DNA from: Methanomassiliicoccales archaeon
Lineage (GTDB): Archaea; Thermoplasmatota; Thermoplasmata; RBG-16-68-12; SOIM01
Direction: 5' to 3'
Assembly (NCBI GenBank): GCA_030593295.1
Contig: JAUVHO010000001.1
Span: 49,111-113,110 of the forward strand
Length of the DNA: 64,000 nt
Each line of letters starts with the position of its first letter. Position 1 is the first letter of the stretch. Made by a program: the position numbers and the translations under genes. This document shows positions 49,078-57,741 of this stretch, piece after piece. A model generated the notes under the pieces. It made no database searches, was not told the DNA's origin, and saw only the letters and a program-made list of their open reading frames with translations.

Positions 49078-50937
49078 TCATTTCTGGATTTCGATGTCGC
49101 CCGGGGGCAGTATCCTGACCATCTCGTCGATGGGGACCTGGAACATCTGGCTCAGCTCTCTTGCGATGGTCTCCTTCTTCGTTTCCCCTGGTTTAAGTAC
49201 GATGACTCGCTCGCTTTGAGCCTCCAGAGCACTTCTCGGACCGCACATGACCTTCCTTGCGTCCTGGTAGTATATCTCGCCGACAGCGACCTCCATCTCC
49301 AGATCACGGAAATGATTCCTTTTACCTCTGATCACGAAGGCACCTTTCGGCAGGAACTCCCCCGATTCTGGGTGCTTGCTGACCTGCTCTGGCTTGACCC
49401 AATACGCTATACCTCCGGCCAGCTTCGAGCTCCAGGCCTTTGAGAAGGTTACCGCGAACTGACACGCCTCCTTCAAGGTGACTTCACCGGCACTGGACCC
49501 GCCCTTTATCACCACACTCGGCGCACCCCTGACCTCGGCGTGGGCGAACCTGTCGCCATCCTTGAGGTGCTTCTTCACGATCCTGTCATTGCTCCTGGCG
49601 TCCCTCCCGGCTATGACCAGATTTCCTTCGCTTGATATGAACCATCTGTACGCGTCGAACCAGTACTGCTTCGTGGGTTCTATCCTGGGATACTTCTCCC
49701 TTCTGGCCCTCTGCTTCGCAGCCTTCTCTATTTCCTCCTGGGTCTCGACGATGACGTCCTTCAGTCTTCCCCTCTTGGCCTTCTGCTTCTTGGCCTTCTC
49801 GTAGAAGATGTTGGCGTTGTCATAGACGCTCTTGTTGTATTGGAGGGCGAATTTCTTTCCGTTGGGGAGGACGATGGATGCCGTGTGTTTCTTATGGTCA
49901 ATGGATTCGATCAGGGGGTCCTTGGTCTTGCCGGAGCGTAGCTCTATCAGCACTAATTCGAAGGGCCCTGGATTCGCGTGGATGTAGTCCGCAACCTCCC
50001 TGTACTGTGTTTCTTTCTCAATTGATTCTTTGATGGCCACTTCCTGCTGTCTTATCATCCTCTCGAATCTGGCGGTCTCGTCATCCTCCTCGACCTCTTC
50101 CACATCCTCGGTGATGGAGGAGACAAAGCTCTTCAAGGCTTCTGAAAAAGATTCTGATGAGATGATGTCCAGTCCCTCGTGCACCTTCAGGGGAATGGGA
50201 GTGGCATCGATGGTCTCCTCCTCTTGGATAACCAGTGTAGGTGACAGCTCGGTCTGGATGGACTTGAAAATGCCCTGCAATTCCTGGTGGACCCGGCTAA
50301 TCTGGTCACCGGACAGTTCATTGGCAGGAGATTTCTTGTCGATATCGGATCGAAGGCACAGTTCCTCCGAGTACTGGCCACCGAGGTTCATATCGAGAGC
50401 CAATGTCCTGACGAGATCTTTATCGGATTCCTTGATGATTGAGCCGAACTCTTCCAGTGAAAGCGATTTGGGATCGTGGTGGCTCGGCGGGAATTTGTAT
50501 TCCTCGCCTATCTTAATCTCCCTGCTGCTCCAGGACTCCCTTCTGAAATGGTTGACGATCTTACCATCCTGGATGAGAACGACGTTCCCCTTTCCGAACA
50601 GCTCGTAGATCAGCTCGAAGTTCTCTTTCTTCTCGAAACCGATTACGACGACCCTATCGAAATCATGTTGTCTTACGGAAACCAATCTTGCGTTGGACAG
50701 GTGTTTTCTCAGGACCATAGCGAATGTTCCAGGTTGGCCCTCACCCTTCTTGTGATCACGAATGAAGAACCATTTCCCCGCCTTGGTGAATATGGCCTTC
50801 TTTCCGTAGTCCTTGGAGCTCGCTCTGATCGAGAGCTCATCACCGGTCTGATAGGCCTTGTCGAATCGGCCTCCGATCAAGGACTGCAGCTCTTGTACGA
50901 CCGCCATTAGGTCGAAGCTGCTCATCGCTTTCTTCAT
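49078..50937 (-). CDS. NFACT-family protein (FbpA / Rqc2 / RqcH homolog)
   Basis: NFACT-N start 'MSSFDLMAVVQEL', a central coiled coil, and an NFACT-R/DUF814-like segment 'GRDARSNDRIVKKHLKDGDRFAHAEVRGAPSVVIK'. The ORF track starts at 51033; Met at 50937 or 50925 is likelier. Confidence 0.85.
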   Translation of the reverse strand: MKKAMSSFDLMAVVQELQSLIGGRFDKAYQTGDELSIRASSKDYGKKAIFTKAGKWFFIRDHKKGEGQPGTFAMVLRKHLSNARLVSVRQHDFDRVVVIGFEKKENFELIYELFGKGNVVLIQDGKIVNHFRRESWSSREIKIGEEYKFPPSHHDPKSLSLEEFGSIIKESDKDLVRTLALDMNLGGQYSEELCLRSDIDKKSPANELSGDQISRVHQELQGIFKSIQTELSPTLVIQEEETIDATPIPLKVHEGLDIISSESFSEALKSFVSSITEDVEEVEEDDETARFERMIRQQEVAIKESIEKETQYREVADYIHANPGPFELVLIELRSGKTKDPLIESIDHKKHTASIVLPNGKKFALQYNKSVYDNANIFYEKAKKQKAKRGRLKDVIVETQEEIEKAAKQRARREKYPRIEPTKQYWFDAYRWFISSEGNLVIAGRDARSNDRIVKKHLKDGDRFAHAEVRGAPSVVIKGGSSAGEVTLKEACQFAVTFSKAWSSKLAGGIAYWVKPEQVSKHPESGEFLPKGAFVIRGKRNHFRDLEMEVAVGEIYYQDARKVMCGPRSALEAQSERVIVLKPGETKKETIARELSQMFQVPIDEMVRILPPGDIEIQK

Positions 50938-51181
50938 TGCTTGGCAAAAAGTGGAGGCAGTACTTAATCCTATTATGTTCTCAGTCAAGTTCGTCCAAGG
51001 AAAACCATTCAGTCTCTTCGTCAAGAATCTCATATTGCAGCATCATAAATGATTCGTATTCGGATATCTCGTAAGTTGTGTGCACAATCAATTAGATGGC
51101 TTCTGGAGAATAAAGAGATTTCGGCCTACAGATTGAACATAGGAAACATTAAGAATCGAGAACGATTAATGGGATGCTGGC

Positions 51182-51255
51182 GCCGATGTAGCATAGTCTG
51201 GTGGTGCGATACCTTGGTAAGGTATAGGTCGAGGGTTCGAATCCCTCCATCGGCT
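51182..51255 (+). tRNA. tRNA-Thr (anticodon GGU)
   Basis: Hand-folded cloverleaf. Acceptor GCCGATG/CATCGGC, D-arm GCAT/GTGC, anticodon arm ATACC-TTGGTAA-GGTAT, variable AGGTC, T-arm GAGGG-TTCGAAT-CCCTC, discriminator T. CCA is not encoded. The 3' 20 nt plus 3 nt downstream (51236-51258) form repeat copy 1. Confidence 0.92.
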
Positions 51256-51280
51256 TCTACGAGTTTTAGTTCGAAACGTC

Positions 51281-53491
51281 CTAGTAATTGTCAACAATCC
51301 AACTGGTATCAGTTTCCACGTAGACCCAATAGCCCCATCCTGCTTGCATGAACTCTCCATCACTCATTACTCTCAGGAAATACGGTGAAGCTAACGGATC
51401 AAAACCTTCCACCCTAGCAGCTCCGATCTGAGCTTTCAAATCCCCAATGGTATAGGAGGGGGTGAAAGATGGGAAACCTACGAGATTCCATCCGGTTCTC
51501 AGATATATTGTGGTTGTCTTCGGGATGAGTCCCGCGACAGTGAGATTCGACACCTCACTGACGTTTGTCCACACACCCATTGAATGATTGAGGTTCTCAA
51601 GTTCTCCAAGGTAGGGTTTGAACTTCATATGCCACTTCCACTTCTCCGCGGACGAATCGTAATACCATGCCTTGTCCCACTTCAAAGTCTGAGGGACTTT
51701 TCCTATGCTTTCATCTGACTGGATTAGTGGTACGGACACGAGGTTGGGACCTTCCTGTAACGGTCTTGTGAACTTGCCTGCCTGATTCTCAGCACAGCTG
51801 ATGTTGTTGTTCAGATCTACTGCACACACCAGATAGAAGTAGTTGCTAGGGTCACCCTCACCTGCATGATTGTCAACGAATTCAGTTGTACCATTGGGAA
51901 GAAAGGCAACGGAAACATAACCTGACCCAAGGGAGTCATAGACTGTACTTCTGCGGATTTCGTAACTCACGACAGTTTCGAGGCCCCTTCCATCATCAGA
52001 AGACAGGGACCAAGTGATAATGACATTCTCCCAGTCTGTGCCACTGAGAGTGGCCTGGACATCTTCAGGCGGGGAAGCCGGGGGAAGTTGATTGTGATAA
52101 GTTATTGATACACCATCAAGCATTGGAGTCTTCTCAGGTTGCTCTGTGGAAAGAAAGGCCCTGTATCTCAGATACCTATCATCATTGTGCCCAGACCACA
52201 AGGGTTGACCAGTCGGAATTGCATAGTAGGTATCGGGGGTTCCGTCTGGTCCCACGAAGTCCCAGATCATTTTGTCATTGTTGCTAGCTATCTGGAATTT
52301 GAGTTCTGTCCCTGGAGGTTGAGAAGTGGGAATCCAGCTGATATTGCCATATTTTGTGGACAAACTATGCGTATCCAGGACTGATGAATTGTAAACACCC
52401 TCTTCAATGTAATAGGAATCAGCGACTCCCACCCTTCTGCAACCACAAACCACTTCTGACGCATCATAATAGATCTTCAGTTTTCCGGTTTCATTCAATA
52501 CGCAGGGATTGTAGAGATTGTAGGAATCAAAGCTCCCTGGGGGACCCGGACCAAGGATGGGATTTGAATGGTACTTGGTCCAGTTGATACCATTGATGGA
52601 AGTTGCGTATGCAATCGTGTAGCGAACATAGGAGTCATCACCCACTATGCCTTTGGTGTACCACATCCTGTAGGTGTATCCGTCGAAAATCACAAAAGGT
52701 CTATAGATGTACTTCTTGTACACCTCCCCATCGGGTCTCATAACTGGGCCTCCCGGGTGTTTGGTCCAGTTCAATCCATCTGGAGAAGTGGCGTAGCCCA
52801 CACCCGGCTCAGAAGGCCTGAACCTCCCAGTGTACCACATTTTGTACAAGGATCCTTGTCGAATAACGGAACCCAACAGAAGCTCATTAGAATCCCACTC
52901 CCCTTCTTCGCCCTTTTGCATGATGGGGTTCAATGGGCTCTTTGTCCAAGAGATTCCGTCTATGGACTCAGCATATCCGATACTCCAGTTGATGATGCCA
53001 GTTCCCCCCAAGTACCACATTCTGTATATGGATCCCTCTTTCAGAATCCTGGGAGTATGTATCGCATATGATTCCCAGCTTCCTGGGGGTCCAGAAGTGA
53101 GGACGGGATTGTGTTCGTATTCTGTCCAATTCACCCCGTCCTCAGATTCGGCATAGCCGAAACTCGTTGCGGTGCCATTCCAACCTGAATACCACATTTT
53201 GTAGGTTCCACCTTCTTTGAGCACGAATGGACTGGACGCGCCATATTGGTCCCAGGCACCAGGACTGCCCTCAACAATTGGGTTCAGAGGATATTTCCTC
53301 CACTCCGTAGCAAGTATCACCTTCCCGGGAACAGATATTGTGTCGACGTTATACGGTTCCCCCAAAAGAAAATCCTCTTGGGTTCCTTGGTCCCAAACAT
53401 TGCCGGTTCCAACGCCTATGGATAGGACAAGTTGGAATAGGATGATTGTCGAAATCCATTTAAGGCGCCCACATACTCCTCCATTATTCAT
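51281..53491 (-). CDS. Secreted protein: five-bladed beta-propeller-like repeats (GH43/32/130-clan-like), FN3-like domain, shared C-terminal module
   Basis: Signal peptide 'LKWISTIILFQLVLSIGVG'. Five repeats end in 'YKMWYSG', 'YRMWYLG', 'YKMWYTG', 'YRMWYTKG' and 'LKIYYDA'. The ORF track extends to 53683 by reading through the tRNA-like repeat; Met at 53491 is the likelier start. Confidence 0.75.
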   Translation of the reverse strand: MNNGGVCGRLKWISTIILFQLVLSIGVGTGNVWDQGTQEDFLLGEPYNVDTISVPGKVILATEWRKYPLNPIVEGSPGAWDQYGASSPFVLKEGGTYKMWYSGWNGTATSFGYAESEDGVNWTEYEHNPVLTSGPPGSWESYAIHTPRILKEGSIYRMWYLGGTGIINWSIGYAESIDGISWTKSPLNPIMQKGEEGEWDSNELLLGSVIRQGSLYKMWYTGRFRPSEPGVGYATSPDGLNWTKHPGGPVMRPDGEVYKKYIYRPFVIFDGYTYRMWYTKGIVGDDSYVRYTIAYATSINGINWTKYHSNPILGPGPPGSFDSYNLYNPCVLNETGKLKIYYDASEVVCGCRRVGVADSYYIEEGVYNSSVLDTHSLSTKYGNISWIPTSQPPGTELKFQIASNNDKMIWDFVGPDGTPDTYYAIPTGQPLWSGHNDDRYLRYRAFLSTEQPEKTPMLDGVSITYHNQLPPASPPEDVQATLSGTDWENVIITWSLSSDDGRGLETVVSYEIRRSTVYDSLGSGYVSVAFLPNGTTEFVDNHAGEGDPSNYFYLVCAVDLNNNISCAENQAGKFTRPLQEGPNLVSVPLIQSDESIGKVPQTLKWDKAWYYDSSAEKWKWHMKFKPYLGELENLNHSMGVWTNVSEVSNLTVAGLIPKTTTIYLRTGWNLVGFPSFTPSYTIGDLKAQIGAARVEGFDPLASPYFLRVMSDGEFMQAGWGYWVYVETDTSWIVDNY

Positions 53492-53534
53492 GCCCACAGC
53501 ACCCCAATACCAAAGTAATGTCCAAACTAATAAT

Positions 53535-53584
53535 CCTTTCGACGTCGGCTTTGAAACTGAACTTCGAAACCCTCCATCGCTTCT
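53535..53584 (+). repeat. tRNA-Thr 3'-end repeat, copy 2 (att-like)
   Basis: 53563-53584 'ttcgaaaccctccatcgcttct' matches the tRNA core 'ttcgaatccctccatcggcttct' with one substitution and one 1-nt deletion. The left arm 'cctttcgacgtcggctttgaaactgaac' is shared only with copy 3. Confidence 0.85.
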
Positions 53585-53603
53585 GTAGAACCATGATGCC
53601 CAT

Positions 53604-55571
53604 CTAGGAGTTCGTGACTGTCCAAGTCCTGTCGGACTCAACGTAGATCCAATAGCCGTGCCCTGCCTGTAAGAACTCTCCATCGTTCATTACTCTAAGG
53701 TTGTATGGTGGAGCCTGTGAATCGAATCCTTCTACCCTTGCGGCACCTGTTTTGGCCTTCAAGTCCAAGAGGGAGTAAGACGTATCGAAAGAGGGGAAGC
53801 TGACAAGATTCCATCCAGCTTCGAAACTGATATCAGTAAATGAGGGAACAAGCCCCGCTACAGTTAGATTGGAATCCTCAACGACGTTGACCCAGACTCC
53901 CATTCGATGATTGATAGTCTTCAAGTCCCCCTTGTACGGCTTGAAGGTCACATATGATTTCCACATGTCCTCAAATGCGACGTAGGTCCATGCCTTGTCG
54001 AATCTGACTGTCTGTAGAACTCCTTCTGTTGACTCGTCAAACTGGATAAGTGGAACGGATATTAGACGCTGCCCTTCTAGAAGCGGGCGTGTAAACTTGG
54101 CGACTTGGTTCTTCGTGCATGAGGTGCTGTCTGTTGTGTTCACTGCACAAATGATATAGAAATAGGAGTCCACGTTGCCCTCTCCAGCGAGAACATCTGT
54201 GTACGTACCAGTTCCGTTTGAGACCGTGTCATACAGGACATACCCCAATCCTTGGGAATCGAAAGATGTGTTGCGGTAGATGTCATATCGTTTCACGCCA
54301 TCCGCACTGCCGTCGTCATCAGGAGACAAATCCCAACTCAGAGTCACGTTCTGTGAGTTCTCTCCACTGAGGACAGCCATCGGATTGATAGGGGGTCTCA
54401 GCGAAGAAGAACCGTTTGGTGTTGAGAATATTCGGACTATCCCCTGGCTACGACTTCCCGTAATGAGTTCGGGATGTCCGTCAACGTCGGGGTCACCGAC
54501 ATAGAGACTTGCCCCCCATCCTTTGAGCGATCCTGACGTCCAGTCCAGTTCATAAGTCGATGTAGAAACGTTGTATTTGTAAATCTGGAACGATTCGGCA
54601 TGAACGTAGTTACCGTACGCAATGATTATCTCCTCAATCGAATCGCCGTCGGAATCGCCTGCGATTGCATATCTGGGTGTGTCATTTGGCCTGACGGTCC
54701 AATTGTCCTCGACAATCCAGTTGCCTCCGACTTGCCCATAGATTACAACAACTCCGTGATACCCTACCCGGAGAATCTCAGGATTTCCATCCGAATCGAA
54801 GTCACCTATTCCTATGCCCATCGACGAGTAACCACTACTCGATCCCGCCCCTTCCAAACCGTACGTGCTACCATCAAATCCGTAGACCTCTATGTCCACT
54901 TTACCCGTTCCCAGCACGATCTCATTGTATGAGTCCGCATCAGCATTTCCAATTCTTAGCAGGTTGCCAGTAGTGGGCGCAGACCAGATCAGGGAATAAC
55001 CGGAAGAATTCACCGAATATACTATCAGGTCGGATCCTGTGACGCCTACCAACTCATCCTGCTTATCACCGTCCAAGTCTCCTACTGCAATATCATGGAA
55101 ATTTCCAAGAATGCTTAGTTCTACAACATATGATGAGGGGGTCACACCTAGAATATGAATACCTCTGGTGCCGTTCACTCCCCCTGGAAAGATCACTTCG
55201 TTCATTCCATCGCCATCTATGTCAGATACAATCAACTGAACAGAAGGAGAGATACTGGCAGTGGATCTCTGCAGCGTAATATCGGGAATTCTCCGTTCCT
55301 CCACATATCCAACGCCGTCCCGATAGACGTATGCGACAAGTTCGGGTGTGCCAGAGCCTATGTAGTAATCGTAGTTGGTCAATAGTTCAGTGTCTCCGTC
55401 GTTATCCCAATCTCCTACACACAATCCACGAATGGTTACATAGGTCTCATTGATAACTTGGATCTCGGCTTCTTGATTGTATTTCGATGCATATCCTTCT
55501 GAAGGTAGCACAAGAATGGAAGTCAATAGTAGAGCGCCCACGAGCAAACATCGCCTGCCATTTGCTGTCAT
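53604..55571 (-). CDS. Secreted FG-GAP/VCBS-type beta-propeller protein, FN3-like domain, shared C-terminal module
   Basis: Signal peptide 'CLLVGALLLTSILVLPSEGYA'. Repeated Ca-binding-like loops: 'DWDNDGDTE', 'DIDGDGMNE', 'DLDGDKQDE', 'DFDSDGNPE', 'DSDGDSIEE', 'DPDVDGHPE'. Confidence 0.8.
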   Translation of the reverse strand: MTANGRRCLLVGALLLTSILVLPSEGYASKYNQEAEIQVINETYVTIRGLCVGDWDNDGDTELLTNYDYYIGSGTPELVAYVYRDGVGYVEERRIPDITLQRSTASISPSVQLIVSDIDGDGMNEVIFPGGVNGTRGIHILGVTPSSYVVELSILGNFHDIAVGDLDGDKQDELVGVTGSDLIVYSVNSSGYSLIWSAPTTGNLLRIGNADADSYNEIVLGTGKVDIEVYGFDGSTYGLEGAGSSSGYSSMGIGIGDFDSDGNPEILRVGYHGVVVIYGQVGGNWIVEDNWTVRPNDTPRYAIAGDSDGDSIEEIIIAYGNYVHAESFQIYKYNVSTSTYELDWTSGSLKGWGASLYVGDPDVDGHPELITGSRSQGIVRIFSTPNGSSSLRPPINPMAVLSGENSQNVTLSWDLSPDDDGSADGVKRYDIYRNTSFDSQGLGYVLYDTVSNGTGTYTDVLAGEGNVDSYFYIICAVNTTDSTSCTKNQVAKFTRPLLEGQRLISVPLIQFDESTEGVLQTVRFDKAWTYVAFEDMWKSYVTFKPYKGDLKTINHRMGVWVNVVEDSNLTVAGLVPSFTDISFEAGWNLVSFPSFDTSYSLLDLKAKTGAARVEGFDSQAPPYNLRVMNDGEFLQAGHGYWIYVESDRTWTVTNS

Positions 55572-55798
55572 TCTGACAACTCCCTCCTCTCAAATCATCA
55601 TCTGTTAGGTTTTCTATTCCAGACAGAGAGTATGAGATATCAATCATCGAGAATATAACCATTGTGCATGAATTCAGGCTCCCTCTTCCCAAGCATGTCT
55701 ACTTACTAAGTGTTCACATCAACCCAGATGTGGCGGATGAGCCCTCTTCTCCCTCCTGCTCACATCACAAACGAAGATTTCTGACGTTATGTTTAAAG

Positions 55799-55848
55799 CC
55801 TTCTTCGTCGGCTTTGAAGCTGAACTTCGAATCCCTCCATCGGCTTCT
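55799..55848 (+). repeat. tRNA-Thr 3'-end repeat, copy 3 (att-like)
   Basis: 55826-55848 is identical (23/23) to 51236-51258. The left arm 'ccttcttcgtcggctttgaagctgaac' resembles the left arm of copy 2. Confidence 0.9.
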
Positions 55849-55934
55849 TGTGGATGTGAAACTGGAGTTTGAGCTATTCTCCAGGCTTGAGCGTAAAAGA
55901 ACCGTACCACATTTCTTAAGACCCCCAAACCCTA

Positions 55935-57389
55935 TTGAAAACTTGGATGCGACTAACAAAGACACTCATTCTAGTCCTGGTCATCCCCATTCTCCTCATT
56001 CCGATCGCCGTCGCGGATGTCACACCTGTACCGGTCTGGCCTTCCTCAGACATGTTGAACCATGATGCGTCCCACAACCTGACCACATGGTTCGCCACAA
56101 GCCTGAACGTCCACTTCGACGCGAACGTTTCTGGACAATGGTCCACGCCTGATCAGTCGCATCTTCCGCCGGGTTTCCAGGCACAGGATTCATACACCCT
56201 CCCCCTCACGGATGGGAGCGTGGAAGCTCGATATCTGGCATCCGGGATCCTCAAGGACATCATGCTGGATGGGGAGACACCGTACATTGCACAATCCGAA
56301 GATGAGAACGACCTGAGAGAAGTTACATACCAGATTGCCACCGACCTGGAGCTGAATCACAGCCAGGCACAGTTCTTCCAGGGTATCGCGGTATGGTTCG
56401 CGGACATGCCAGAGGATGAGTTGCTGATAATCGTGAGATTGGAGGAGCAATCAGCCCTGGGTAGCCCATACATCTTCAACAGCCTTCATGTTGGGTTCAG
56501 ATCATCGGATCTGAGGGTGGTGTCGGTATACGTGACAGTCTGGTATTCCTCCTTGGGGGACGCTTCATTCGCCACTTCGGACGCGATCACACTCTCCCAG
56601 GGCAATGCAGTGGATTTCTTTGAAGCCGGGGATGTCTCGGGGTCTTCATATCTTGTGGGGATCTGGAACGGGACCACTTACGCGTACCTGATACGAACCA
56701 CATGGGATGTGGGTCCTGCGTCGTCATACTACCTTGACGAATGGGTGGATGTTAACACCGGCGAAGTTCTGGGGAGAGAAGGCCCGCAGGTTATCATAGT
56801 GGACACGGGTCTGCCGTTCGGTGCTTGGTTCTGGGCACTGGTAGCGATCATTACGACCTCTCTGGTCGTGGGACTGGCCATGTTCTACCGCATCAACTCG
56901 GAGAGAGCACTGGACCACTTCACCAGAGGAAGGATATTCGGATACCTGCAGGCGAATCCGGGTGCCAATTACACGATGATTAGGGAATCCCTGAGATTGT
57001 CCAACGGTACCGCCGCCTATCACCTCTGGGTACTGGAGAGGTTGGGATTCATCAGGTCCGTCAGCAAGGGACGGATAAAGCAGTTCTACCCCCAGGGCGT
57101 CTCGCTCTCGAAAGGTTCTCTAATCCTTACCAGGCTCCAGTATTCCATTCTCGACCTGCTGGAAGCGGAAGGTCCCCTCAGTCAAGCGGATATCGCGAGG
57201 TCGCTAGAGATGTCCAGGCAGAGAGCGCATTACAACGTCAAGGTTCTCAGATCGCTGGAGCTCATTGAGCAAACAGGTGACAAGAAGGAGAAACTGTCCT
57301 TCAAAGGGGAGGAGACGATCGCGGGCGGTGAGGATGGTCTCTTCGTGTCGCCTTCTGTCAAAGAAAAGGCTTCCTCAAAGGAGAATTGA
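55935..57389 (+). CDS. Membrane-tethered putative transcription regulator: extracellular domain, TM helix, two winged-helix (ArsR/MarR-like) domains
   Basis: Signal/anchor 'LILVLVIPILLIPIAVA', mid TM 'WFWALVAIITTSLVVGLAMFY'. Then 'IFGYLQANPGANYTMIRESLRLSNGTAAYHLWVLERLGFI' and 'LQYSILDLLEAEGPLSQADIARSLEMSRQRAHYNVKVLRSLELI'. Confidence 0.7.
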   Translation: MKTWMRLTKTLILVLVIPILLIPIAVADVTPVPVWPSSDMLNHDASHNLTTWFATSLNVHFDANVSGQWSTPDQSHLPPGFQAQDSYTLPLTDGSVEARYLASGILKDIMLDGETPYIAQSEDENDLREVTYQIATDLELNHSQAQFFQGIAVWFADMPEDELLIIVRLEEQSALGSPYIFNSLHVGFRSSDLRVVSVYVTVWYSSLGDASFATSDAITLSQGNAVDFFEAGDVSGSSYLVGIWNGTTYAYLIRTTWDVGPASSYYLDEWVDVNTGEVLGREGPQVIIVDTGLPFGAWFWALVAIITTSLVVGLAMFYRINSERALDHFTRGRIFGYLQANPGANYTMIRESLRLSNGTAAYHLWVLERLGFIRSVSKGRIKQFYPQGVSLSKGSLILTRLQYSILDLLEAEGPLSQADIARSLEMSRQRAHYNVKVLRSLELIEQTGDKKEKLSFKGEETIAGGEDGLFVSPSVKEKASSKEN

Positions 57390-57416
57390 GGTTCTGAGAC
57401 CACCAAGCGAAGATAC

Positions 57417-57426
57417 TTATATAAAA
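57417..57426 (+). promoter_or_regulatory. TATA box for the RRM protein gene
   Basis: 'ttatataaaa'. GGAG at 57449-57452 lies 7 nt before ATG 57460. Confidence 0.45.
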
Positions 57427-57459
57427 ACGGTTTAAACCAGACACCATAGGAGATTGTTA

Positions 57460-57741
57460 ATGAACATCTACGTAGGAAATCTGGACCGCGAGGTCACCGA
57501 GACCGAACTGAAGGAGGCTTTTGAGGCCTTCGGCGAAGTTTCGTCGTGTAAGATCATCACGGACAGATTCACTGGAGCATCGAGAGGATTCGGATTCGTC
57601 GAGATGTCCGGAGAAGAGGAAGCCAAGAAAGCGATGGCTGAGATGGATGGCCAGGATTTGAAAGGAAGGAACATCAAGGTCAATGAAGCACGACCTCGCA
57701 CCGAGAGAGGTGGAGGCGGAGGCGGCGGACGCCGCTTCTAA
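57460..57741 (+). CDS. Glycine-rich RNA-binding protein with a single RRM domain (bacterial Rbp type)
   Basis: RNP-2 'IYVGNL', RNP-1 'RGFGFVEM', C-terminal 'RGGGGGGGRRF'. The ORF track start is TTG 57454; ATG 57460 is the likelier start. Confidence 0.85.
   Translation: MNIYVGNLDREVTETELKEAFEAFGEVSSCKIITDRFTGASRGFGFVEMSGEEEAKKAMAEMDGQDLKGRNIKVNEARPRTERGGGGGGGRRF

Noticed and set aside
53492-53683. N-terminal 64 codons of the 800-aa ORF (and small ORFs 51166-51363, 55719-55928, 55765-55965)
   Set aside because: These frames simply read through the tRNA gene or its repeat copies, giving recurring 'RSRWRDS' and 'DGG(F/I)RSS.SKPT' peptides. The real protein starts at the signal peptide Met (53491).
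46212-55571. Diversity-generating retroelement targeting the conserved C-termini of the three secreted proteins
   Set aside because: There is no reverse transcriptase ORF and no template/variable repeat pair at the DNA level. The C-termini are the conserved part of these proteins, not the variable part.
55808-55848. Idea that repeat copies 2 and 3 are degenerate tRNA pseudogenes or split-tRNA halves (hairpin TCGGC-TTTGAA-GCTGA upstream of the T-loop sequence)
   Set aside because: The hairpin loop is 6 nt, not 7. There is no 5' T-stem strand (GAGGG), no 5' acceptor strand (GCCGATG) and no D-arm. The hairpin is also not preserved in copy 2.
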